Origin: Syncephalis fuscata S228
Taxonomy: Eukaryota; Fungi; Zoopagomycota
Direction of reading: 5' to 3'
Assembly (NCBI GenBank): GCA_025786725.1
Contig: JAHLTZ010000010.1
Span: forward strand, 620,001-684,000
DNA: 64,000 nucleotides
Of this stretch, positions 27,058 to 40,310 are shown piece by piece (positions within the stretch are counted from its first letter, which is position 1; the number at the start of each line of letters is the position of its first letter). A program made the position numbers and the translations under genes. Below the pieces are notes generated by a model. It ran no database searches. It worked only from the letters and a program-made list of their open reading frames with translations, and was not told the DNA's origin.

Positions 27058-28155
27058 CTATGGAGATTTGTTAGCGATAACTAATGTATCTTACGCTTCT
27101 TATTCGGCCTTTGTTACACGCCTATGTACAAATTCTGGTGTGGCAGCAATTTTTGATGCACCATCCAAACAAGGTGCTTGCGTGTAGGCAATGCTATAAC
27201 TTTAATTTTTGTACCTGGCAGAGAAAGTGTATTTATATCAGCTGTAAGTCGTTCAGCAAGCCCTGGAAATATAGTACTGCCACCAGCTAAAACGATATTT
27301 TCAAACAACACTGGTCTGTGTTTGACATCACCGTATATAATGCTATGAAACACCATTGTAGCAATGGACCCACCATTTCCATTGATCTTATCCATATAAA
27401 ATAGGCTTTCAGGTGCCTTAAGTCTCTCCTTACCAAGAACGACCGACATACCATCAGGCAATGTATAATTCATTGGCGGATCGTGATTGTTGTCGTGATT
27501 AAATGTAGGCCAATTTTACAGTAGTTTTCCTTAGCAATTCGGAAAGCTTCTACTGTGGGCCATGAAGGAGACCATATGTTAAGCAGATTGGCTAGATAAT
27601 TGTTATTCTAAAGCCGGCGCCCGGCGAAAGAGCAGTTCTGTCTAATATGGGATTGCCATCGATAATTGGAACAGCAATTGTAAGCTGGTGACCACTGTCC
27701 AGTACCAAGCCAGATCTACGGTCAGCACCATACAAAGCAGCCACTGAAGAATTGACGACGTAGGCTGACTGGACTTTGAACTCTGTAAGCATGACGTTGA
27801 TTATTTTTTGACGTTCTGCAGCTCTCGGCGTTTGAATATATTCCGGGCCTTGAGTAATAATTACTGAATATTCGGCTGGATTAACACCAAGCTTTGCAGA
27901 TGTGTACCTCCAAAGCTCGGTCATGTAGAACCATGATTCGATACTAGAGTAGTTCATAGGCCTATAAAGCTTAAACTGACCCGACCTGGCAATAGCATCA
28001 TCGCCAAAGAAATATGGAGGCTCTGTTGATCCTACTGGCTGTGGCGCGTTATGGCTCCAATAGGACGGAACTATAACTCTCGGTGTGGAATCACTGGCAA
28101 ATCCTGCCTTAATGTAGCCGGATCCGTTGTCGATCACAATAGTTCTTGCGGACAT
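27058..28155 (-). pseudogene. Intronless divergent actin-like gene with frameshifts and two in-frame TAA codons near the C-terminus
   Basis: IVIDNGSGYIKAGFA, GLVLDSG, YTLPDG..V.LGKERLKAPESLF, NIVLAGGSTIFPGLAERL, IKVIA. Frameshifts near 27595, 27510 and 27160; TAA at 27100 and 27091. Confidence 0.7.
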
Positions 28156-30184
28156 ATTGGCTTGTTAGTTTCTTGCGCTGGTAGTTGAGTATTCAAAAGT
28201 TGAAAGTAGCGTTGGATGTTGGATACTGGGCAAATAAGCTGCACATTCGATCAGTTTAAATACCCAATGGTGATGTATATAATAAATAGCTGTTTCTATA
28301 GTAAACATCACTATCTAATTAAAAAATATATATTGCAAATAGTACCATATAATTAATGGATATAGATAGAGATAATGACATCTACACTCTATTGGATAGC
28401 TGATCACAATGGTGGTACAGAACGTTGCATTTAAATATGGCCAATTTTTATTGTCAAATAATTAGTAATGTACGCATAACTTGGTTTTCAACAAAATCAT
28501 GTGCCATATTCGGTAAATTGGATTGATGTTATTTAATTGAACAGAATCAATAACCTGCTGTGCACGGCTACTCCAAAGGCTATATGGCCTGTTTAAAAAC
28601 ATTAAGACGTTTCCATGCATAATCATGCCATTGAATTGCCTTGATCTGATTATTTACATCCAATGGATTGCATGGATAAATTAATTATAGAACTATTGGT
28701 TCTGATCAACTATTGGCCATTGTATCGGTAATACTTTGTATGTTTGCCGAGAATAGTGCATATTACTATAGAGTGGCTATAAATTAATAACACTACTACA
28801 TTTATATACGCCGTTATTCTATTTAAAGGATTACAATAAATCATTAACATGTTTGTTTTGCCGTTTACTTCAATTAAATTCAAGCAAGACAAAGCTTTGA
28901 AAACCGAATAGTAATTCTACTATAGAATAAATGATATCGTATACTATAACATAAACTTTTAGATAGCGCACTTATCATTTAATTACTAATTAGATACAAA
29001 TTTATTGTAGTAATTGAGCAAAATGATGATGGGTAGCAACGAGTAGTTTTACGATGCAATTTGGTCAAAATTGGTATACTATAGAATCGTTTTATAAGTA
29101 ATACCAATCTTTAGGATATTAATAATATTAATGACAATAAATAGCTAATAGAAATGCAATATAGCTATCCGGAAATTAGATGTTCTATCCACATATTTAT
29201 ACAAGTAATTTAACTACTTAATTAGTTATTCTACTAAAAAAACATAAACTTTAAACCATTTATCATTATAACGGCAAATACTTGTTTTAAGCCTCAATAT
29301 TGGCATTACTAACCAAATTATATATCCAATTAACTGTAAATATAAAACACTATAGATACATATATAAATAATTTAAATTACGTAGTAAGGAGTAGTTTCT
29401 AAACAACTAAAGTATACTTGAACAGATAATGGGGCAAATATACAAAAGTATGGATGTAAATTAGTTATCTTGGGCCATTGTATTTTGATTTCCCCATTTT
29501 TTATTCACTCATTTTACTTTGGGAATTCAAATGTGGGAGTCAAAGTAAAATAGCTCTTTAGTCTGAGATGGTCTGCCATTCCCAGCTTAGACCAACACAA
29601 TCACCGCCGAGAATGTGGTTTAATTCTTTCTGAATGATATATATTTTTAATGTAAGTTTTATTTAAATGTTTAAAATAGCAGCTACTGATACAATTTTTC
29701 TGTTACATCTAATTCTATTCTATGGAAATGATAATGGACAATAATATTATGTTAATATTTATTATAAATGATCATTTAAACACATCAATTAATCGAGTCA
29801 TTACAATTGATTTTGTAAAATAATTTATTGCGCTGAATGGGGGAAATCAAAATGATGCATATGGTTCTTTTCTAAGACATGCAATTCCGGTCACGCGGTC
29901 ACATTAAGCAATTTTTATTGGAATAGAGAAACGCAGTCCAGATTTCTTCATTGCTCATCTTTTCTTTCTTTACTACTATTACCATCACTACCCCATTACA
30001 ATAACAATAACAACACTCATCGTCATTCTCATCTCTTTCGTGTCTATTTTTCAACTCATTTATTCAATAAGTTTAGTGTTATCTACGTTCGGTTAGCAGT
30101 TGCACGATAACCAAGAAACAGAAATAAACCAACAAAAAGCGGTTTTCTACAAATAGTTCATTTAATCTTTATACAATAGCCATC

Positions 30185-30547
30185 ATGGATTACGGTTACG
30201 ATTCCGACGAGTATGTTCTGGTGTCCGCCTCACGGCCCGTCGTATCCGCGCCGCCTTCTTCTTCTTCTTCTGTATCCTCCAAGGACAGTAGAGTTATAAG
30301 TACGGCAATTATTACTACTGCAACCATGGAAAGCGATACCGAGTCGGCCTCACCAAAATTAGCGGTGCGACGATCCAGCCTAGAAGCAATGGCCGCTCTA
30401 GTTCCAGCTCATGCGCAAAATGGCGAGCCATTAGCAGCCGTGTTCTATCGTGTGGCTCTTGCTACCGCGCTGTTGGCCATGTTTCTAACCAGACTATTAA
30501 GCGGTTTTGGTGGTTCATTTACCAACTATGCACAAGCGCGTAACTAA
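30185..30547 (+). CDS. Small S/T-rich protein with C-terminal hydrophobic helix (tail-anchored candidate)
   Basis: 120-aa single-exon ORF, GC-richer than its flanks; hydrophobic segment LAAVFYRVALATALLAMFLTRLL. Confidence 0.6.
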   Translation: MDYGYDSDEYVLVSASRPVVSAPPSSSSSVSSKDSRVISTAIITTATMESDTESASPKLAVRRSSLEAMAALVPAHAQNGEPLAAVFYRVALATALLAMFLTRLLSGFGGSFTNYAQARN

Positions 30548-30845
30548 AAACAATTGATTGCATTCGTTCCATCCTATTTTTCCCACCCATTAGTTGGCTT
30601 GCTCCTTTTTTTCTCCTCGTTCAAATCAAGCCTCCTTTTGCTTGAACCATATTATTTTGCGGCACAGCATATTGCATTACATGTTGCAACGAGTTATTCA
30701 GTCATATCTTATATACGTGTATTTCTGTTGTTTTCTCAAATATCATTTATTTGTACGTACACTGCAAATGAAATATTCCATAAGACTACGTGTGTTTATG
30801 TGTGTGTATATATATATGTATACTATTTAATGTTGCATCAATAAT

Positions 30846-32139
30846 CTACGCTGAATTGCTTGGCATATGCTCCTTAATCTCTGCATTGCGAAACCATTCC
30901 TTATTGTCAATATACTGCTCCTGCATTCGTTCGACAATATCCTGGCCATGATCTGCTCGTGCGGCAACCTCGAAAATTGACTCGTTGGCCAACTCCAATC
31001 CACCAAATACGTAGCCGTTTGCCTTGTCCACTGCCTGGACCACGTTGGCAACTGCCATCTTGTCCTATGATGACATTCCACGTGAGCCATGGCACCTCAC
31101 CGATCAACCTGGTCAGCTGAACCTACCTCAATATATAATGGATGGAAGGATACAAGGCCAAAATCCTCTATTAATTCACATAGTGCTGCATTCAGCTTTT
31201 GATATTTGGATGTCAATGGCGATTCATCGAGTTGCTGTAGCAAGTAGCTTAAATCCATTACTTGCGTATAAAACTCAAGATTAAAATCTATAATGCCATG
31301 TAGTATATAGAATAATATTAAACATATATATAAATAATTCAATTTACAGCGTGTGTCATACCTAATTTTCCATAACTAGGGATCAAATCAATCTTGGATA
31401 GCACATTAATATGCGGCAGTTCAAGCATTAACATAGTTTTAAGCGATACCATCAATGCTGCAATATATTTGGATGGATCAGTACAATAGTGAGCATCAAC
31501 AAGATGAACTGCTGCTAGCTAAATATAGTATATACATACAAAATTACAATTAATTAATTAAAATAATATATTGTGTGCTTACACGATAATTACGCTTCTG
31601 TAGACGATCAACAAGTGTTCTAACTGTATCATCGTGTGTATATAACTCGACTTGACCAGGAAAATCAAAGATACAATAGCGATCTGCTTTTGTTGTGTTA
31701 TTTTGTCATTTTCAGCTATATATTGCTACTAACCACCTAGAGCATCTAGTTTGTCGACCAACCAGTCAAAATTGGTCATAAGATACTTCATACAATACAT
31801 CATGGCGCCGTTAGGCCCCAGTTTAAGCGATTTCATAACATCGTCTATAGTAATTAATTCTGAAATGTCTAACGAACATTCATATGGCAGATTCTCATTG
31901 GCCGGATCCAAGTTGATTACCGCCACTTCTCTATTGTCATAAGGTTTGGTTGGTTATAGCAGTGTACGTAATAGCAATATTAGTAAAACTTACCGTTTAA
32001 TACCTGTAAGAAATTGTTGCATACCATGACAGTAGGTTGTTTTACCCGCTCCAGGTGGTCCAATGACTATCTAATGAATTGATTAGAATAGGAATAGCAA
32101 GTAGTCGGGTAAACGGCGTCGTACTTGACCAAAAGGCAT
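30846..32139 (-). CDS. GPN2: GPN-loop GTPase 2
   Basis: MPFGQ|[59 protein letters not shown]. Confidence 0.93.
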
Positions 32140-32333
32140 ATTCTCTACTGTGCGATGACGTACAATTATAGCGCGGTCAAGTAAAAGAATTAGGCTGTGT
32201 GTAGATTGAGAGGCACTTTTTTTGGTATTACTGTGAACACAAAACTATTCTTTTTTCTTTGATTTGTTTGTTGCCCTTTTAATCTTACTTGTCCTTGACG
32301 GATCGACACGTTTGATTATTCTGGTCATTGATT

Positions 32334-32853
32334 ATGGTAAGCGCGTCGACTGTTGAATTGCTTATTGCGATTGTTACTGATCTAGCGGTTATGATAGTCT
32401 GCTCGTGTCCTCGTAGACGTGCTGGTGACTGGCACACGGATCGTTGGTCGTGCTTTTGTTGCGGCGTATAAGCAGGCAGCGGCCAACGCAGCCGCAAGAA
32501 AGTCTGGTGGTCCGGGACATGGCAATAGTGCCGATGTTCTTACGCGAAAGACAGGTATAACACTCGATGAGGCAAATCAAATTTTGAACGTACAAAACAA
32601 CACGGAAATGGCCGAAATAGTCAAGGTAAGTGGAGTGTAGTAGCTAGTGTTGGATGGGAAAGCTGATGGGATGATGATGTAGAAATACGACCATTTATTC
32701 AAAATGAACGATCCAAAGACGGGCAGTTCGCTCTATTTACAGTCAAAAGTAGCGCGCGCTAAGGAGCGAATAGACTTGGAGCGTGCAATGCATGCTGCAA
32801 AGGCAGAAGGTGCCGAAGGAGTAAAAGAAAATAGCGCTTCCAAACCGCAGTGA
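32334..32853 (+). CDS. PAM16: Mitochondrial import motor J-like protein Pam16/Tim16
   Basis: [18 protein letters not shown]...[13 protein letters not shown]...[10 protein letters not shown]...[16 protein letters not shown]; the first coding exon is ATG only. Confidence 0.93.
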
Positions 32854-33499
32854 GATGTTTGCATATACATTCTAATGTAGAAGTGATGAATTAAAATAAT
32901 ATTCAATAGTTAAATGTTACATTTATTGCATCAGCAGTATTATTTTAATATTAGAAACTAAATTTATTTATGTGGATTGACAACGACAATTTAATGAAAC
33001 CAACCGTTTTTATTTAATACAACTGAATCTACTGCTATTTCTACATGTGCAGTATGCATCAAATATAAATGCGTATATAGTTACTTATATTTAACAAAGC
33101 GTTAGTCGTCGTAACTAGTAGTATTCTAGTGTTGTTTCGTCAAACATTATTACAGTACATTTAGTTGTTTGTTAATAAGTTTACTTTGTTAATGTTTTCT
33201 AGACATAGATGTGAATTAAACCTAACAACAGGAATAATGGCTTAATCAAATATAATTAAAATAAACCGTGTGTTTATTACTAATAGTCCGCATAGCTAAA
33301 TAAGTACAGCTAAATGCAAGCTTGTTTATAATAGACAACATGATAAAAGCTGAATAAACCGGTGTATTGGCTGAGACTTGATATGTGCGTGGACTAGACG
33401 ACAGTTGTCAAAAGGTCTTGATTTTTGTCGGATGTATACCTAAAATATATAGGATTGATAGTCCAGTTATACTATCAATGTCAATGCCTTGGTGTCAAT

Positions 33500-36400
33500 T
33501 AGTTTTTTCTTGTGAATGTATACAGTACATGTCATATAATTAGCTTATAAAGTGGTAATATGCAATGCTACCTACTTGCTGTTAACATAAGTTAGATACA
33601 TGGTGCATTATGTATATTTAGTGCATAGATAATTAGTATACAATGTTACATACTTCCTATTGGTAAAAGTTATTAAACAAAAAGCATGGAACATGTTTTA
33701 GAACATAAATAGTTATTATACAATGCCACTTACTTGCTGTTAACATAAGTTGTAAAACATGCGCAATGTATGGCATATAGTTAATGAATAGTTGATTAGT
33801 ATACAATGTCACCCACTTTCTATTAACATAAGTTATTAAACACACAGTGCATGATATATGTTTAGTGCATAGCTGATTGGTATAAAGTGCCACTTACAAC
33901 CTATTAACAAAAATTATCAAATAAAAAACATACATTTTTTAGAACATAAATAATTGCTGTAAAATGCCACTTACCAACTATCAATACAAATTATAAAATA
34001 CACACAACGCATAGTATATAGTTAATGCATAGTTGATTAGTATAAAATGTCACTTACTAGCTATTAAATTATAAACACAAAATATACGGGGCATGTTTAG
34101 TGTATGACTAGTTGACGTTTAATGCTAATTACCAGTTGGTAACGGGATCTGTTAACCACACAGTGTATGGTATATGTTTAGTGTATAGCTGGTTGATATA
34201 CAATACCACTTACCACCTATTAGCAAAGTTATTAAACACACAATGCATAAAGCATGTTTAGTGTATAACTGGTTACCATGTAGTGCCACTTACGAACTAT
34301 TGACACGGGTCAGTAAATAAATATGCACGACATATTTTAGTATATGATTGCTTGACAAATATGCCACTTACGCTCTATTAACATATATTATTAGACATAC
34401 AGAGAATGTCATATGTTTAGTACGTGATTGGTCAATACAAAAGTCGCTTACTATCTATTGGTACAGTTATTGAATAAGCAGTGCATAAAGTACTTTAAAT
34501 CCATAGTTAACTAGTATAAAATTTTACTTACTAACTATTAATGCATGTTATTAAGCACACACAGTGTATGGTATATGTTTAGCGTATAGCTGATTGGTAT
34601 ACAGTACCACTTACTATCTATTAATACAAGATATTAAATTAATAGTGCATGGAACAATTAGTACATAGTTGTTTAGTATACAAAGCCACTTACTATCTGG
34701 CAAAACAAATTATTAAACACGCAGTGTATGCTGTATGTTTAGTATGTAAATGGTTGGTATAAAATACCACTTACTTTCTATCAATACAATGTTAAACAGA
34801 TAATACACAATATATGTTTAATGCATAGTTAGTCAATATAAATTTCACCTACGAACTATAAAATATAGCATTAAGCAAGCAGTGCATGACGTATAATTAG
34901 TGCATAATTCAATGCTATAAAATGCCACTTACGTTCTATTGGCACAAGATATTAAATAAATAGTGAATAAAATATGTTTAGTGCACAGTTGATAAATATG
35001 CTATACCACTTACGTTCTATCAGTACAAATCATTAAACATACAACAAATGACATATATTTAGTCCATGATTGCTTAATATACAATAGCACTTACGGACTA
35101 TTAACACAAAATGTTAAACAGGCAGCGAGTAAAATGTGCTTAGCATATATTTGCTTAATGAATAATGACACTTACATTCTATTAGTATAATTCATTACAT
35201 ATACAGCGAATAAAACATATTTAGCGTATAAATGATTAATGTACAATCCAACTTACCTCTATTAACACAGATGATTAAAACACAGCGCATGGAATGGTTA
35301 GTACATAGCCGATTAGTATGTAATGTCACTTACTTCCTATTAACATAGATCATTGAGTATACAGTACATGGTATATGTTTAACGCGTGTTTGATTAATAT
35401 GCAATATCACTTACCATCTATTAGTTTAGATGATTAAACACGGTATGCGGTATATGTTTAGATCATAACTGGTTGATATAAATATTACTTACCTTCTATT
35501 AATACACATTATTAAACACAAGAAACGCATAATATATTTTAGCGCATAAATAATTACTATACAAGGCCACTTACGTTCTATTAACATAAATTGGCAGATA
35601 TAAAGTGCATATGTTTAATGCATATCCGATTAGTATAATGTCACTTACGATCTATCAATAGGAGTTATTAAATATACAATAAATTAGATATATTTAGTGT
35701 ATAGCTAATTGGTATACTATGTCACTTACGAACTATTATCACAAATTATAGCACACAATGCACATGATATATGTTTAGCATATGGTCAAATAATATACAA
35801 TACTACTTACGTTCTATTAATACAAATTATCAAACACACAAGGTGTACAATATATGTTTAGTGCGTAACTGGCTGATATACAATGTTACTTACGTCCTAT
35901 TAATACAAGTTATTAAATGCATGGTACATGAAATACATTTGATGTATATCAACCAGATATACAATACAACTTACCATCTATTGGCGCATGTTATTAGATA
36001 CACAGTATATATTATATATTTAGCGCGTATTTAATTGTTATACAATGTCACTCACATTCTATTACCGCAAAATAGTAAGCAAATGAAGTATAGCATGTGT
36101 TTAGTGCATGATTACTCAATAAATATGACACTTACGCTCTATTAACGTAAATCGTTAGGTATACGGAAAATAGCATATGCTTTAGTGTATAAATACTTAA
36201 TATACAATTTCACTTACTAACTATTGACGCATTATTAAGCACAAATGCATAGTATATGTTTAGTATATAGCTGGTTGATATACAATACTACTTACTATCT
36301 ATTAGTTTAGGTAATTAAATACAGTGCGTGGTACATGTTTAGAGCACAGCTGCCTAATATATAATGCTACTTACACTCTATTAATAAAGGTTAGTAAACA

Positions 36401-39400
36401 TATGATGTTCATTGTATATTTAGTGTATAATTGGTTGATATAAAATGCTACTTACCATCTATCAATACAATTTATTAAACACACAGTGCATGGCATAGTG
36501 TTAGTGAATAGTTGTTTGGTATAAAATGGCACTTACTAACTACCAAGTTATTAAATACAATACATTATATATGTTTAGTGCATAGTTGATTGATATTCAA
36601 TCTTACTTACGGACTACCAACAAAAATGATTACAGATGCAGTTTGTAGTAACATTTAGTACATAGTTGTCTGATATGCAATGCTACTTACATTCTATTAA
36701 CGTAAATTATTGGACATACAACAGATGACATATATTTAGTATATAACTGACTAATATGCAATAATACTTACTATCTATTAGCACATGTTATTAAACATAC
36801 AGTGCATGGCATATGTTTAGTATATAGTTGCTTGATATGAAATATTACTTACTAACTATTAATACAAGCCATTAAACACAAAATGTATGATACATGTTTA
36901 GAGCATAGCTGGTTGATATATGATGCTACTTACGCTCTATTAACACAGGTTAATAAACATATAGTATATGAAATATGCTTAATGTATAGTTGATTAATAT
37001 ATAATGCTACTTACTAACTATTAATAAGTTATTAAGTACACGGTGCATGATATATTGTTAGTTAATAACTAATTGATATTCAATCTTGCTTACCAACTAT
37101 TAACGAAACAGCATTAAACACACAGTGCATGGCATATTGTTAATAAATAGCTGCTTGATATAAAATGGCACTTACGAACTATTTACACAAGTTATTAAGC
37201 ACGCAATGCATGGTGTGCGTTTAGTGCATGGTTGCTTAATAAGTATATCACTTACGCTCTATTAACATACATTATTAAACATACAAAAAAACAACATATA
37301 TTTAGTATATAGATAATTTATATACAATAACACTTACCATCTATTGACGCGTTATTAACCACACAGTGTATGGTATATGTTTAGTGTATAGCTGGTTGAT
37401 ATACAATACCACTTACCATCTATTAGCGAAGTTATTAAATACACAATGCATAAAGCATGTTTAGTGTATAACTGGTTACCATGTAGTGCCACTTACGAAC
37501 TATTGACACGGGTCAGTAAATAAATGATGCACGACATATTTTAGTATATGATTGCTTGACAAATATGCCACTTACGCTCTAGTAACATATATTATTAGAC
37601 ATACAAGAATGTCATATGTTTAGTACGTGATTGGTCAATACAAAAGTCACTTACTATCTATTGGTACAGTTATTGAATAAGCAGTGCATAAAGTACTTTA
37701 AATCCATAGTTGACTAGTATAAAATTTTACTTACCAGCTATTAAAACATGTTATTAGACATAAAGTGTGTGGTACATAATTAGTAAATATTTAATTGATA
37801 TATAATACCACCTACCCTCTATTAAATTACATAATTAAACACAGTACGTGGTATAGGTTTAGAGCACAGCTGACCGATATAAAATGTTACTTACGATCTA
37901 TTAGCATAGGTTTTTAAGCGCATAGTGTATGGTATATGTTTAATGTGTAGCTGGCTGATATGCAATACAACTCACCATCTATTAACACAATCATTAAACA
38001 AACAGCACATGAAATATCATCAATAAATGGTTAATTGATATAAAATGACACTTACAAACTATTTACACAAGTTATTAAGCAAAAAATGTACGGCGTGTGT
38101 TTAGTGCGCGATTTCTTAATAAATATAACGCTTACGCTCTATTATTGTAGGCCGTTAGACATACAGAGAACGTTATATGCTTAGTACATGATTGATTAAT
38201 ATGCAATAACACTTACTTTCTATTAACATGAGTATTAAATGCACAGTGCACGGTATATGTTTAGTTTATAGTTGATTGCTATACAATGTCACTTACGGAC
38301 TATTAATACAAATATTAAATTAATAGTGCATGAAATAATTAGTACATAGCTGGTTAGTATACAAAGCCACTTACTATCTATTAACACGAATTATTAAGCA
38401 CAAAATACACAACATATATTTAATGCATATTTGATTGATACATCATAACACTTACCCTCTGTCAGCATAAATATTAAACAAATAACAAATTGCATATAAT
38501 TAATACGTAGCCGGTTAATGTACAATGTTGCTTACCAGCTGTCAGCACAGATTATTATATGCATAATGTATAGTATATGTTTAAAGCATAGCCAGCTGAT
38601 ATTAATTCCACTTACAACCTATTAATGTAAATTGTCGGACGTAAAGTGTATATTATATGTTTAATGTATATCTAATTAATATATAATATTACTTACAAGC
38701 TATTAACACAAATCATTAAACGCAAAACAAGATATGTGTGTTTAGTGCATGGCTATTTGGCATACGATGCCACTTACAAGCTATTAATAGAAATAATTAG
38801 ACACATAGTGAATATCATATGTTTAGTAAATAGTTGGCAAATATACAATGTTACTTACGTCCTATTAATGCAGATTGTTAAGTAGATAGTATATAAAATG
38901 TGTTTAGCGTATATCGGGTTCATATGTAATTTCACTTACGGACTATTAAAACAAAAAAGGCATTAAACAGCGCATAATATATGTTTAAAGTATGCTTGGC
39001 TAATATAAAACGTAACTTACAGCCTATTAAAACGCATCATTAGCCGCGCGATGTGGCATGTCTTTAGTGTATAGCTGATTATTATAAAGTGCCACTTACT
39101 ATCTATTAATACAAGGTTTAAGACACAACAAATGAACATGTTTAATACATAGTCAATTGATATACAATATCACGTACCAACTATTATTACAAATTAGAAA
39201 CACACAGAACATGGTATATGCTTAGTACATAGTTGATTAACATGCAATGACACTTACTTTCTATTAATGCATGTCATTAAACACACAAAGTACACGATAT
39301 ATGTTTAGCGTATAGCTGGTTGATGTACAATATCACTTGCCCTCTATTGGCGCATGTTATTAGATACGCAGCGCATGGTACATAATTAGCGTATGGCCGA

Positions 39401-40310
39401 TTGCTATAAAATTCTACTTACGTTCTATTAGCACAGATTATTACGAACAATGCATGGCATATATTTAGATTATAGCTGATTAATATATAATGTCTCTTAC
39501 GAACTATTAATAAATTATTAGACACATAATACATGACACGTGTTTAGAATGTAGTTGTTTGATATAAAATGCCACTTACGTTCTATCAGCGCAGATTGTT
39601 AAACATACAACAAATAAAATATTTCTAGTGGCCAAATGGTCCATATACAATATTACTTACGAGCTATCAATACAAATTATTAAAAACACAATACATGACA
39701 TGGTTAGTACACAGTCGATTGATATGTAATGTCACTTACTAGCTATTAACAGAAATAATTAAACACATGGCACATGGCATGTTTTAGTGCATAGTTAATT
39801 AATATGTAGTTGCACATACCAACTATTGGTAAATTAGTGGACACATAGTATATATTATATGTTTAGAGAGTATTTGACTGCTATACAATGCCACTCACAG
39901 CCTATTAACGCAAATTATTCAATGCCCAATTTATAGTATATGTTAACACACAGTTTCTTAATATATAATCCAACTTACTCTCTATTAACACAAGGTATTA
40001 GACACATGATACATGGCATATTTTTAGCTTATAATTGATTAGTATACAATACCACTTACGGACTATTAGCACAAGATATTAGGCGAACAGTAAATAAAAT
40101 ACGTTTAATGCACAGTCGATTAATATGCCATCCAACTTACGCTCTATTAACACAAGTTATTAAACACATAGTGTGTGGCATATGTTTAGCGTATAACTAA
40201 ATGATATAAAATGCCACTTACTCTCTATTGGCACATGATATTAAATAGTGAATAAAATACGTTTAGTGCACAGTTGGCCAATATACGATCCAACTTACGC
40301 TCTATTAATG
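33500..40310. repeat. Degenerate tandem array, ~80-bp period, 85 units (each unit = one intron + one micro-exon on the minus strand)
   Basis: Recurring plus-strand consensus cacttac-NNN-ctattaac...ttattaaac...atatgtttagt...atataca; (40301-33576)/84 = ~80 bp. Confidence 0.95.

Noticed and set aside
27091-27102. TAA stop-codon reassignment suggested by in-frame TAA codons in the actin-like gene
   Set aside because: Conserved genes in the window (UMP1, RPN12, SFT2, IleRS, CAPs) terminate normally at TAA.
33657-36034. ORF-track ORFs 33657-33893 and 35771-36034
   Set aside because: Chance read-through of intron units within the array.
33500-40310. Interpretation as a CRISPR array, centromeric satellite or tRNA/snoRNA cluster
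   Set aside because: Eukaryotic context with no cas genes and no identical repeat/unique spacer pattern. The conserved positions are exactly splice donor and acceptor motifs around 3 nt, and the 3-mers join an upstream signal exon in frame.
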